Below are positions 27,701 to 38,629 of a stretch of 64,000 nt of DNA, in pieces. Below the pieces are notes generated by a model. That model ran no database searches and was not told where the DNA came from. It worked only from the letters and a program-made list of their open reading frames with translations. Source of the stretch: Antedon mediterranea (lineage: Eukaryota; Animalia; Echinodermata); contig NC_092679.1 in the NCBI RefSeq assembly GCF_964355755.1, forward strand, positions 11,887,432-11,951,431. The letters are read 5' to 3'. The position numbers were made by a program, and so were the translations under genes. How positions within the stretch are numbered: the stretch's first letter is position 1; every line of letters begins with the position of its first letter.

Positions 27701-30700
27701 ACGAAAACGTATACGTCACGCACACGTTAGTCTGGGTTCCAGACGGAGTTTTGTCTTAATATTAGTTAAAAGATAAATATTTTGGCACAGATGGCGTTTC
27801 ATACGTATACTACTTGATTCTGGATACTCCAGACAAAAATCGCGGTCGAAATAAAAACAAATAAATAAAAAAAAAGATAATACAGACTTGGGGCAAGTCT
27901 ACGCACACGTATTCGTTTTTCGTAAGCCAGTAAAAATCTGTTTCGCATGGCAACGAAATATTGAGGGCGCTGTCCAAAATATGACTGCGGTAAATTTGAG
28001 CGAAGCGCAGATACGTGTAGTGTTGCTTGGTGCTTGGCTGGCTAGGCCTAGCGTAACATCAAAGCGAGTGAGGACTTTAAAAACTGATATTTATCAAAAT
28101 TGACCTGGCATTTTAGTAAATTACTTTAGTAAATCTATAATTATATTATAATCATGAATCATTTCTGATTCAAATGCAAAATGTGCAAAATAGATCAAAA
28201 ACTATAGGCCTACTCGTTTTTTGTAGTTACGAATATGACTGGTGATATTCGTCAACACGAATACGCTTTACGACTATGAAATGGAGATCAGCTCAAAGGT
28301 TTCACAAATGTGTGACGTATCCGTTGTCGTTATCGTATTCGTAAGGTTGCGAAACCTCCCTATTTACGGGCTATCTTACCCTATTTAACCTACAATATAA
28401 AATGTGCACTTCTAAGCTCAAACCAAACTTCCACTAGTTCAGGTAGTGTTTTATTAACTGCATTTAAATATTCTTTATTACTTACACATTTCGCAAACAT
28501 AACCAAGTGCTGTACTACATTTTAAGTCATTCCAACGGTCTGAATTGCTGTAATCAAGCTCAACACAGTCTTCATCTCCAGAATTGTTAGGTTCACCAGA
28601 GTTAAAATCTGAATTATAGAAGAACAGAACAATATTTTACAATCGAAATCAGCGGACCAGAACTGTATATGTTGCATGCAAACTATGCGCCATAAAATAG
28701 TTGTCTTGATTATGTATCTTATTAGGCATATGCAATGCCAATGTCGTAATGGCAATATTGATTTTAGTATGAATCAAATAATATAAAATTTAAATATACA
28801 ATTCCTAGCCGTACTACCAGATTTATCTGATATATTATTGTGTGATACAATGTTTATAACGAACTTGGGGTAAAATGGCTAAGACGCTCGCTCGGAGGTC
28901 ATCAGAGAACTCAAACCAGCCAGTGGTACACTGAAAATTAATAAATGATGAAGATTAGGAAACCAGTGAAAGTGAAAAAAGCCGCCCTAAACGACATTAA
29001 CAGACCAGAATATTCTTCTTGGTAGAGCGAATAAGTAGCCTAAAATTTGGTACAATATTAAAATGTTTGTTCTATTGAAGTACCGTACTACTCGAGGCGT
29101 TGTTTTCTGTTCTTCTGATGATGAGAATAGTTTCTCGAAACATGTCACATTTTAATGCAGTTTGCATATTCATTAAATGCCTCGCTATAGTTATTCTAAC
29201 TCGTATAATGTTAAGCATTTAAAGCCCGGGCATCTAAGTTTTAAACATTTCAATGTTCACAGCCGATTCTCGTACGGTATCATGTCTTGCGCAAATGTAA
29301 AAAAAAGTCACTAATAGGACCTAACTCGTTATTATTAAAGATGTCAAAACATGAAAAATGAAGATTTATAAAATCAGATTTTAAATAGGCTATTTTACAA
29401 TTTCAATTAAGTTAATCCCTAACCGTATAGGCCTACCTCTCACAATGAAAGACTCAAATTACGCTGGGGTAAACTAAGCAAACAGCTTCCGGAAGAAAAG
29501 CGTTGACATAACGCTTTAAAATAGAGGCTACTGTAGAGTGTCAGAAAAGGTATTCTATATACGTTTGAGGAGGCTGTGTCAGAAGATATAGGCTGCATGG
29601 TGTTATTGTTTCTAATACCGCTCGCTCGTTCATCTGGTGACTTTGAGAAAGTAAGACCGATATTATCTTCAATTCTGACAACTAGGCCTACTAGGCCTAC
29701 AGTACTTAGTATTACTTACTTGTATAATCAGTGCATTCACCGGATTCAATCCAGACCCAAACATTTTCTACTTCTATATCTCTTAACCCTAGCCATACAT
29801 CAGCACTGATGAGACTGTTATAAAGAAAGTTGCTTTCCTCGACGTTCTTTACAACAACCAAATCAGCCCCAAGGTTCATACAGTTTGTTCGCGCGTTTTC
29901 CCAAGTTTCGGTATTTGAAAAGAATTTGTAGCAACTGACGTCATACGCAGTCCACCCAGACTCACAGGTGATGCCATATCCTTTATGAAGTAAACGAAAA
30001 AAGAACAAAAAAACATATATCATATTATTTATTCATATTGTTTGAATCAATCGTGTCAACCAAAATAATGATGGTATGTTTTTAAATAATTTCCTTCAGA
30101 GATACTGATAATAAGATGTTTCATAGAATCACCGAATATGCTACATTATGGTTGTTGTGGGGTGTCAAGGAACAGTGACATCAAATGTCATCGTGTTTGG
30201 TCTCAAATGAAGAAAATAAACACAGGAAGTGGGATTTATATTGTCATATTATGCTTCTGTAAAATGTTTATTTAAATTGAAAGATCACTGTTTATGCGAT
30301 TTAAATCTTTTCAATTTTATAGTGAGTGAGTGAGTGAGTGGCCGAGCGGTTAAGACAGTGGAACCGTAATTACGTAGCCATAACATCGGCAAGGGTTCGA
30401 GGCTCACTCGCTCCATGGTTCTGGTGGTAGAACGAGTCTTCTTGGATAAGGACTATAAACCGTAGGTCCAGTGTACACATAGCTCATGTGCACTTTAAAG
30501 AACCTAGTACATCTTTCGAGATGAGTAGGGGGCTACCCCGGTGTACTAGTCTACACAAACACAGCCACTATCACACACAGCCACTGTCACACACAGCCAC
30601 TGTCACACACAGAAACTGTGCAATTGGGACTGGGCCGTTTTAGAGGTGTTTACCACCTGTTGGTCCCGATCCTTCACTAACAGTGTTAGTGAGAAGTTGA

Positions 30701-33700
30701 ATAAATAAAAAAATAATAAATAAAATATAAATAGTAGGCATACTTTATGTTATGTAGAGCCATTTTATTATTATTAATATACTACTATCCTCTGCTACTT
30801 GTACAATGAATATACCATGGTGCAATGGAACAACAGGTTCTAGTAGAGTTTTAAAATTTAAATTTAAAGACATTAGCACGAGTAGTATGTTAATTATTGA
30901 TCTATTGGAACTGTAGTAGAGTAGAGGATTAAGATGAGTCCCGGCACCCAGACATACAACATGCAGGCCCAATAGCATGGTGTCTATGAACTTGATCCGC
31001 AGCAGACCCCAGTACCTTTTCGTTTCCTGGTAGACGAGTTAACCTTGACAGAAAATCACCACTTCTCTGTGGTAACCTTGGGAAAAGTAAAGGCTAAAGG
31101 AGTATAGGGCCTAAATCTGACAGCCAAAAATTCCATTGCCTAATAAGTTCTGTTAATTATGACACACAATAGTTATACTAAAGGGGAATTATTGTTCATA
31201 TCTCTCGCCTTTTTTGAATAATAGTTCCTAAAGTCGAATCAAACATTTAGTTCTGATTGACTGTGTTTACATCACAAAAAGTAGATGAAAATATTAATAT
31301 GCATGCTCATTAGTCAATTCGCCAAATAGAAAATTGGTTTAAGTTATTAAAATTAATACTAAATAAATGTATAATGATCAACTAAATCAGAAATAAAGAA
31401 AGCTTTCAAACAAGCAATGCGATTATTCATGGATGTGAAAACAACCAACTTCAAAAGAAACAAGCAGTAACTGATAAATTGATTCAGAAATAAGCTACCA
31501 GTACCACCAACAAGTATCAAGTATCAAGTAGGCCTATAATCTTTATTCGTTTCCACAAGGAGAAAATTACATTTCTCGTCTTAAAATACATCATAATTAC
31601 AATATTTATATCAACACGAAACAATACCAATTTTAACAAGGCCAACAGCCATTAAGTCGCGTGCTACAATGCATAGTGATACCGGACCGACAGACAGACC
31701 GACAGACAGACCGACCGACCAACCTACCAACTGACCGAAATTACTGAAATGTTTAAAAACATTTATATTTTTTTAATTTACACGAGCGTAGCCTGTCACT
31801 TTTGACGTGCTCGTAAAACGTAATTTTGAGTTGAAAAGTAAGTCAAGAAAACAGAAATCGGGTAAAAAGAGTGCGTAATAACATTTAACGCGCAGTGCGC
31901 GCGCAAAAATCTGCGCACTCATGGCAATTTTGTAAACGCTTAAAATTGCCTGAAACGTACTCTTATTTCATCGAAAATAAGTTTTGAAAATTTTAAGCGC
32001 GCGTATGCATGCGTTACATGCGCTACGCACGTAATTGTATTGCCATTATGATGATTTATGCCCTGAAATTTATGAGTACCAACTTTTATTTAATTGTGAT
32101 TCATGGTTGTGAAGATATGATTACAAACGTGATCGTTAAATTGTGCGTAGACCGCGTAATTTTTTATTGCGCACCGTGAAAACATAACCACATTATTGAT
32201 TCCTGGTCATAAGGAATATACTGTGAAAAATTGACCTAGCTAGATTAAACTGATATCAAGATAAGGTCAGAAAGCGATAAAACGCATAGTGATACCGGAC
32301 CGACAGACAGACAGACCGACAGACAGACCGACAGACAGACCGACCGACCGACATAGTGAACTATAGAGTCGCTTCCACGCGACTAAAAAGGGGATAATAC
32401 AGTGCCTTGTGGCGCGCCTGTATTGGAAACAATAACACCAGAACATACTGTTGGGCTAAGCTTCACATACTGCTTTCTGTTTGTTAGAAAATTCAGAATA
32501 AATAGAATCATATTAAAAGGGAATGGCCATATTACACAGCTTATCTACCAGTAAATGGGCTCGAATTGTGTTAAACGCAGAGGAAAGTCGTAATACATAG
32601 CACGGGCTGAATTTCCAACCTTTTATCTAAATGAAAATACAGCCTTTCAAGTTTAACTACAATCGCATCTTCTGTGGTCCGAGCACTTCTATATGCAAAT
32701 TGCATGGGATCAGTATGCGTAGTGACTATTGGTTTTAAGCATTTTAAAACAATTTTCTCACATATTTTACCTACAACTGATGTTAAGGCCACTGGCATGA
32801 GATCATTCATATACTTAATAACACGAACTTTTGGAATAGGAGCAATAGATGATTGTTTCCATGTTTCTGGTAGTGAACTAGTTAATTAATTAATTAAAAA
32901 TAATTGAGAAAATATACAACTGCATTGCACATGATTATAAAAATATTTGATTTAAGTTTAATGGGCCCGGGAGCTTTCTTAGCATTCACATTTCTAAAAT
33001 ACTCATTTGTATCAATTATGTCATTTATATTTAATTCAAGCTGACATTTCCGTTCCTTAATTTCTTTTGAAAAATCATATTTGTTAAAACTATTGAAAAT
33101 ATATTTAATTCATTTGCAAATTCTTTGTCAATTTTTGGTAGCGATACAGATTTTTGTTTATTATTTGTATGGCCACTCATTAACCTCATCCCTTGCCATT
33201 TCCTTTCATGTTATTTTCCGTGAACTTCTTTTCAACCTTATTTTTAAAATTGTATATTTCTTTACGTATTGCACATTTTAATTCTTTTTGGACCTCTTTT
33301 AATTTCGCTTTATTACCTTCAGCAAATGTTTTCTGTTTCCGGTTAATAACTAAATCTACGGTTTATTATTCACAAACACTTTAACCTTTTTAGTTGGGAT
33401 AAGCATATCACTACAAAGTTCATATATTCAGACACTGTCTCCGTAAGTTCATTTCAGATCATTTCAGCGTTATTGATAAACATCTCCCAGTTCGTATCAT
33501 CAAATGCATCTTGTAGGCGTTCTGTTGCTTCCGCTGTCCATTTCTTTACGACAATACAATCACCAGGACAATATTACCAATATAAAAAAACTATCATAGA
33601 CATCATATAACGTTTAAAAATTCACAAAAATACACAAAAATTGCGAGCAGCGACCACACGTGCAGCAGCGACAGCAAGATTCCGGTGGCCAACAGAAAAT

Positions 33701-35953
33701 TTAACAACTCGGTTTTGATTCTTCTGTTTCAATATATACCTTTGGAAGGTAACACAAATGGCTTTTTGACTGCTATTATTTCATTTCCATTCATTATATC
33801 ATTAATTTTTCATAAATTATGTACACAAAACCACACAAATACAGAAAACAGTGCAAACCCTTGACAAAATATATAGGCCAATGGTCACATCATTCTCCTA
33901 CATTCATTGCTCTAGCAGATGGATAAAATATAGCATTCATAATGATAAAATGTCTCTACATAACATACAGTCTACTATAAAGTTGAACAGATTTAAATTG
34001 CATAAACAGTGCTGCTAATGTCTTTTAATTTAAGTTAACATTTTACAGAAGCATAATGACAAAATAAATGCCACCTTTTGGTTTTAAAATTAAATTTCCT
34101 TTCATTTGAGACCAAACATGATGACATTTGAGGTACCGTAACTTACCATTGACCTCCACTCACCCGAGCCTACTTTTTAGGGGTAAATGTTGACACCCAT
34201 ACCTACCAGAATCAAGTGAAATTAGCTTCTTTTAAATTTTTCACAGATCAAACCTTATATCGGGATAATAATATACCGTGTATTATTTTACTTTCTTTCC
34301 CACTCGTGTTGTGGCCGTGACCGACAATGCTTGCGGAATAATTGCGTTGTTTGACGAGCCGAAATAATACGATTTTAAAAGTAAAACAATACGTTTATGG
34401 TGCTAACACAATATTCATGATAGTATAATATGCATAAATCGATACTTTCCGATTGTTTTCCATGGTCAACGACGAAGTTCCGATATAATACCCCATAATG
34501 AACTGTTTTGATTTAAGTTATAATCAATAACCAATGCCATAATCAATGGCTGTAATCAATCTAACCAATAGATCGACTATAAGTATTATATCAAATATAA
34601 ATAATGGAGACCTTCAGATCACGCCAATTGATGTTGCAAGTGAAACCTGAACATTTTGTTTGCAAAAATAGATTTGTACTAAACGATCGATATGCTCATT
34701 TAGTATTGATAAAATAAAATAAATGACTTTGAAGTGTTTACACATTGCTGATAGTATAGTATTAAACCATCCAACAAGAATGAAAAATAATCATTAAATC
34801 AAATTTAAATTCGGAAAAACGGCATACAGTTGTACTGAATCATAATAATTAATTAATATTAATTTATTAAAAAAGAATTAATAATATGCCGATGATAGCA
34901 AATACTGAACGTGCTCGTTTCCAAATGTCAGATATCTGATTTAACTTTGTTAACGAACGAGTACGAATGTAAGCATTCAATTAATTGATTAACTATAATT
35001 CTTATTTTCAATTTAACTAGTCTGTTGTTCTAATAGAGTTATATTCCCGATTTGTAAATTACAGTAGACTTTCTTTAGGCTTATTATTTGGTTTTCTTGT
35101 GATTTAGTACAGTCGTTTTTACAAAATACGGATTTTTTCGAGAGCAGCTGATATAAATTACTTATAATAAATAGCAAAAGGTTCAGCGTGTTTCCGAAAT
35201 GTACAATAATATTATTGGCAAATATAGCACAGTGATTATTTATAAGTGCAGCCCGTGAAAAATAACAGTGACTTTTAATCATATTGAAAATTAATGAAAT
35301 ACAGAAGTACAAGCTGAATAATAAAACACTGTTAAACAATGTTTCATTAAAGGTCTAAGTAATCTTTTGTGCATCATCTGTAGTTGTATTAAGCATGATA
35401 AACAATAAATGGAAAAGATGATACATATAATATTGTAAGTATAAAAAATGAACAGATTGTGTTGTTAAAAGAAGATGAGGTTATATTGGCAAAAATCAAT
35501 TATTTGCTTTGACTTCAATTTTAAAAACGTTTGAAAAAAAGTGCCATCATTTGCTTTGGTAACTACTAACTGCTTCTACTTAATTATTTTTAGGTATTGA
35601 AGCAAAATGAAGCCTTAATATTGCATGTTTGTAGTTAAGTTTTTTAAGTAAAATTAATATGAGGAAAGTCAACAAAAAATATTAATAGTTACAAATAATT
35701 ACAAATAAAGTAACATTGTTTAGGCCTATTGCTCGATAAAAGATGAAAGAAATTTAAGTTATCTGGTTACGATAGGCTACATTTTTACTATGTGTTTACA
35801 AGCATATATAACATATTTTAATTGATTTGAAAAATGGGGAAAAACACCACAACCACCATACAATAATAAAGTTACAATTTAAAATCACTAACCTGTTCTG
35901 AAGATACTTGCAATGGAAAATAATAGGAACAAGTTTTCTGATATTTTCCACAT
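1..35953 (-). CDS. Giant secreted/cell-surface multi-C-type-lectin + HYR-repeat protein (hyalin-like), 3'-incomplete; SP-CTL-HYR-CTL-CTL-HYR-HYR-CTL-CTL-HYR-CTL-CTL-(HYR)x27+
   Basis: 45 exons with GT-AG ends, internal exons all phase 1-1, join in frame to ~10.5 kb of CDS (>3,500 aa). HYR motifs (DxExP..CP, VTW.EP.xxDNS, T.VTY.A.D..GN...C.F.V.V) and CTL motifs (CP.GW, WIG, EPN/QPD, WND) are present. Confidence 0.92.
872..1360 (-). CDS. HYR27+28 double-domain exon (cysteine-free)
   Basis: 489-nt exon with two HYR repeats, DDEPPVLGNVP... and DDEPPTITNGP... Confidence 0.9.
1495..1998 (+). mobile_element. Helentron-associated (HINE/DINE-1-like) element, degenerate
   Basis: Ends ...ttgcggaggtaa like the 45930-47407 element; internal repeated atcctggtccggat motifs. 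Confidence 0.45.
2065..5873 (-). CDS. HYR19-26: eight single-HYR exons
   Basis: 5613-5873, 5263-5505, 4893-5147, 4139-4384, 3413-3664, 2957-3205, 2486-2728, 2065-2313; each shows DxxxP..CP...W..P...DN...GN...C.F. Confidence 0.9.
4422..4703. mobile_element. Foldback MITE with ~110-bp TIRs
   Basis: ataaatgctacattctacttataaataataataagcgacgtcg... is mirrored by ...cgacgtcgcttattattatttataagtagaatgtagcatttat. Confidence 0.8.
6140..11750. repeat. Tandem intragenic amplification, ~1.77-1.79 kb unit, ~3.2 copies
   Basis: A-exon offsets of 1788, 1782 and 1770 bp; introns are nearly identical between copies. Confidence 0.95.
6149..11749 (-). CDS. HYR6-18: 13 exons of 261 nt in the order (A-B-C-D)x3-A
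   Basis: A: 11489-11749, 9719-9979, 7937-8197, 6149-6409. B: 11020-11280, 9250-9510, 7468-7728. C: 10601-10861, 8821-9081, 7041-7301. D: 10143-10403, 8363-8623, 6583-6843. All GT-AG, phase 1-1. Confidence 0.92.
11838..12101 (-). CDS. HYR5 exon
   Basis: VDTENPTFTNCPVD...TWSEPIESDNQCV...TDRSGNVGTCIF. Confidence 0.9.
12475..13646 (+). mobile_element. DINE-1/HINE-like element, degenerate
   Basis: 3' hairpin gatgatcattttattctaaatgatcacc; internal similarity to the 31635-32388 family (gaagatatgatt, gcgcgcaaaa). Confidence 0.4.
13912..14028 (-). CDS. CTL7 C-half exon (EPN, WND)
   Basis: WNTNEPNGGTNENCVNQLTDLNWNDLSC...VCEM. Confidence 0.9.
14258..14521 (-). CDS. CTL7 N-half exon
   Basis: CPESWVLWQRSCYF...VWIGYSD...NGECSTFT. 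Confidence 0.9.
14821..14940 (-). CDS. CTL6 C-half exon (QPD, WND)
   Basis: FISGQPDDSSNEDCTEIRSSDNGWNDNDC...VCEK. Confidence 0.9.
15421..15690 (-). CDS. CTL6 N-half exon
   Basis: CPDGWELWERSCYLF...AWIGYSDTNTEGTFEW. Confidence 0.9.
16014..16280 (-). CDS. HYR4 exon
   Basis: EDTESPTYGVTCPSD...EPTATDNECV...TDRAGNQGTCSF. Confidence 0.9.
16545..16667 (-). CDS. CTL5 C-half exon (NPD, WND)
   Basis: WYSGNPDNHGSGEDCAEFLLPSGQWNDATC...ICEI. Confidence 0.9.
17238..17501 (-). CDS. CTL5 N-half exon
   Basis: CPSGWITWRGNCYKHF...GDECPSYE. Confidence 0.9.
17718..17837 (-). CDS. CTL4 C-half exon (NPD, WND)
   Basis: WSGSNPDDHNSNEDCVELLQTGLWNDQTC...VCEI. Confidence 0.9.
18033..18317 (-). CDS. CTL4 N-half exon
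   Basis: CPTGWAYYKRSCFL...AWIGYDDLTSEGTFAW. Confidence 0.9.
18573..18827 (-). CDS. HYR3 exon (cysteine-free)
   Basis: DTEPPIANSYPED...TWATPVFSDLSG...VTYTVFDNAGH. Confidence 0.85.
19028..19297 (-). CDS. HYR2 exon
   Basis: SDSTEPSFGVTCPHD...VTWTEPTATDDRCI...TDVSGNTATCSF. Confidence 0.9.
19454..19573 (-). CDS. CTL3 C-half exon (EPN, WND)
   Basis: FNSNEPNGGVNENCVEMEASSDQWNDLSC...VCEI. Confidence 0.9.
19871..20134 (-). CDS. CTL3 N-half exon
   Basis: CPDGWVFWLGHCYQY...WIGYTD...GKCSSFE. Confidence 0.9.
20356..20475 (-). CDS. CTL2 C-half exon (QPD, WND)
   Basis: WGSNQPDNSNNEDCTELNTDGTWNDQSC...VCEK. Confidence 0.9.
20630..21040. repeat. ~170-bp tandem units within a repeat element
   Basis: gtgaccggaaac...gacccttgacct.atagtctcacatttcggta...cataaaatcgtaatattg occurs at ~20783 and ~20952. 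Confidence 0.7.
21531..21809 (-). CDS. CTL2 N-half exon
   Basis: CPIGWELNTDFESCYF...VWIGYNDISTEGQFEW. Confidence 0.9.
22331..22482. mobile_element. Short palindromic MITE (PIF/Harbinger-like)
   Basis: aagcttggttccc ... ggaaccacgctt with internal inverted symmetry. Confidence 0.55.
22513..25415. mobile_element. 2.9-kb TIR element with TTAA target duplication (Kolobok-like, non-autonomous)
   Basis: TTAA|AATGGATATGAAAGG ... CCTTTCATATCCATT|TTAA: perfect 15-bp TIR. Confidence 0.8.
25441..25710 (-). CDS. HYR1 exon
   Basis: EDNEIPTTLTCPSDV...VTWTPPTFTDNECV...AYDRAGNPSETCAFTATV. Confidence 0.9.
25667..25991. repeat. 161-bp tandem duplication spanning the HYR1 splice acceptor
   Basis: 25667-25827 equals 25831-25991. 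Confidence 0.95.
26366..27361 (-). mobile_element. Non-autonomous Helitron, copy 1
   Basis: On the minus strand: A|TCTATATATA 5' end, 3' hairpin GAGCGAGCGAAGCGAGCTC then CTAG|T, no TSD; second copy at 57965-60230. Confidence 0.85.
27669..28362. mobile_element. MITE with ~50-bp TIRs (Harbinger-like)
   Basis: tagagaggtttcgcaatcttacgaatacgataacga ... tcgttatcgtattcgtaaggttgcgaaacctcccta. Confidence 0.8.
28486..28608 (-). CDS. CTL1 C-half exon (EPN, WND)
   Basis: FNSGEPNNSGDEDCVELDYSNSDRWNDLKCSTALGYVCEM. Confidence 0.9.
29720..29980 (-). CDS. CTL1 N-half exon
   Basis: CESGWTAYDVSCYKF...VWLGL...GECTDYT; AG/GTAAGT. Confidence 0.9.
30330..30725 (+). mobile_element. tRNA-derived SINE with Deu/Nin-like core
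   Basis: A box TGGCCGAGCGG, B box GGTTCGAGGC, core GGATAAGGACTATAAACCGTAGGTCC...TTAAAGAACC...GAGTAGGGGG..ACCCCGGTGT, A-rich tail. Confidence 0.85.
31635..32388 (+). mobile_element. DINE-1/HINE-like (Helentron-associated) element
   Basis: Subterminal inverted repeat agtcgcgtg/cacgcgact, (GACA/GACC)n tracts, 3' stem-loop; core shared with 61080-61570. Confidence 0.75.
32395..33690 (-). mobile_element. Decayed Rex1/Babar-like LINE fragment
   Basis: RT motifs PVALTSVVGKICEK and DPMQFAYRSARTTEDA in ORF 32571-32810; frame breaks. Confidence 0.75.
35893..35953 (-). CDS. Exon 1: signal peptide MWKISENLFLLFSIASIFRT(G)
   Basis: ATG at 35953, hydrophobic core, phase-1 donor GTTAGT; joins the next exon as ...RTGYG|ITCESGW. 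Confidence 0.75.
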
Positions 35954-36029
35954 TGTGTTAAGATACGTTTTTCAAATTAAAAACAGAATATTTCTAAAAG
36001 AGGTTGAGCATCATCCTCTCAATTGTTCC

Positions 36030-36170
36030 AAGTTAATACAAAATACAAATAATTGTACAATTATATAAAACTTTAAATTCCATACCAAATTTAGTATACA
36101 TGACGTAATCACGGTTAGAATGTGCCAACCAATCACATGCTCGTTGTTCCGTGCCAATATAATATAAATG
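36030..36170 (-). promoter_or_regulatory. Putative core promoter of the CTL/HYR gene
   Basis: TATATAA (minus strand) at ~36061-36067, TGACGTAA at 36101, CCAAT at ~36129 and ~36154, upstream of the ATG exon. Confidence 0.3.
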
Positions 36171-38629
36171 CGCATGCTCATAGGTAGGATAAGTGATTTG
36201 AATGCAAACAATCAATGGGAAACGTACCATGAACTTAAAGACTGTATGTAATGTAAATTGATTCGTATTTTATCTAAATTGTTTGTTTTGTTTAATATAA
36301 ATTAATTTATATATTTATTTAATCTGTAATTATTAATTCAATTTCTCTTGCCGGATTTTCCCACACTAATATTTTATAATTCCGTTACGTTTTCATTTGT
36401 ATTGTTACAGTTAGAGAGGTATTGAAGTACCACACATAATACTATTATAATAAATTCGATACGTTTATTCTATCAGATTGTCTTCTAGTTGTTTTTGGAA
36501 AAATGATTTACACATTCTTTATTTATCTGGCATGGAACAGTAAGAACCAAACCTTCAACCCAAACCAAAACAAATTGCTATTAAAGTTTAAATAGTTTGT
36601 ATGTTTGTTTTTCTTTGTACGATTAGTATTTATTCCATTCATTCACTGCTCCTATACAGTAATTTACTTTTCTATTGAATTTAACATAATTTAAGAACTT
36701 AAGCATAGGAAATCAACCGGACATTTTACTTTAAAATTGAACCGCGGTCCGCCAAATCTAACTGTAGAAGAAGAAACCAGCTGAAGTAGCAGAAATCTCT
36801 CAGCATAACAATGGCGCAGGGATTTTCACACCAGCCAAATCTTTCGCATACCCTACTACCAAATCCGTCCAAACTCGGTTCACTAAAGAACAATTTGGAA
36901 ACGTACGCGCGTAATCTCTGCTTGCAAAGTTAATTCGTACTCTCGTTTTATTTTGGGCTACACTGTAGAATGTTAGTGTCCCTTTCTCATGGATCATTGA
37001 GAGCGTACATCTGTCACGTATGCCTAGTTGTCTACACCTACCGACAAGGTCATTTACCCAGTACATATTCGGGCGTGTCCTCTATTCAATTTGGGGATAA
37101 CGGAACTTCGATTTTACAATACATTCCACTCAATTTCATTAAAACAATATTTGGATTGGTAGACAATGAAGCGTTTGAATGCACGTGTGGTATACAATTG
37201 AGAGTTATTATACTTTGGTATAATGATAATAATAAGCAATCATATTTATCAATATAGCGAATGGGTCTTTGATTTACAATAGACATTAAAAAAACCAACG
37301 AAATATTTTAATTGATTAAAAACAAAATATAATACAACAAAAGCAATTTCTTGAAAACAAATCCAGATTAAGAACCTAAATATTTGGAGTTTTGGAAAAT
37401 TATAATATTTAATTTGAAAAAGAGGCTATGCTTCACAATATATTTATCCATTTATTTAGAATTTTAATTATTTTTACTTTTATCATACAGATTTTGTTTA
37501 TAATGTATATGTTTGTATTTATACGTTTTAGTGAGGGCCCTTAATGATCAGTTCCTTGAACTGGATGGACCACTCTCATTAAAGATGATTAATTGTGTTG
37601 CGTAGCACTGTGTAAATTATATATAAGTCATAGGCCTACTGTCAAATTATTGAAACAGTTTGATTTATATTTAAACAGTATGATTTATTATGAATATGAT
37701 ATATATATATCAATATAAAATTTAAAATAATATTATTGTTCATATCCGACAAATTTATGTATGTTCTATATAATTATATATGGTGCACGCGCACCACAGA
37801 AAAAAAGTATACGGCCACATCTATCAGTAGGCCTATTTTTATTCACGAAGCTGGATCTCCAGAGTACGTGCAGCCATGTATATGGGCTTTTTATTCGCGA
37901 AGCGGGATCTCTTGAGAGATACTTATTATATGAACTTCTTTTCGAGATGTGCTTTCGTTTCGAGTCTACTTTAAAAACTAAAAAGGATCTAAAGATTATT
38001 TTCGAAATAAGTGCTGTGAAGATTATGAATTGGAACTGTACAATGATAGACATCTTGGTGGCGGTGTAGACATTGCCTGTCGACTTTAAAATGATTCAAG
38101 TAGATTAAGTTTATTTTATAATCGGCCCCTATATCTAGTATTTTAATTCCAGTCCTTCTCTCTTTTGTTGTATTTAAGTGCTTCTGCCTTGTGTTAACCA
38201 TGCTGTAAGTGGTGGATTTGTTTCTGCTGTTGTTTTTTGTTTAAAAAATAAAGTAAAATTAGTAAAAAAAATAAATAAAGAAGAAGATTCAACATGCAAT
38301 CACCGCATCACATTTGGACTATAAACTTAAAATAAATGTATAGTAAACACGATTATACAAATTATCATCAGTTTGTATCACCATGTTCTGAATTCTAGCA
38401 GCATTCACCAGAATAATAAACAAAAAATATAGTCACAGAAGAAGAAATCATGAATTGTTTATAAATGTTTTAAAGTTAAAAAGATCAAAAAATTTCTAGT
38501 ATTATAGTCTATTATATCTACTGTGAAACTAACCGCTTATTCGCCATACATAGGTCTAAACACCTGAATATTTTTCAGTCTTTAAAGGGCCGTAGATACT
38601 GAGTATTTGCGCCACAGGTGAATAAATTG

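Noticed and set aside
472-30023. Individual ORFs as separate small genes (a bacterial-style cluster of HYR/lectin genes)
   Set aside because: Domain similarity begins and ends at AG/GT sites in a constant phase, and the ORF flanks are intronic AT-rich sequence; these are exons of one gene.
30338-30412. tRNA gene
   Set aside because: A and B boxes are present, but the sequence continues into a SINE core and tail without a clean cloverleaf.
36740-37110. GC-richer stretch with short ORFs upstream of the lectin gene
   Set aside because: No recognisable domain, splice structure or termini; it cannot be assigned from sequence alone.
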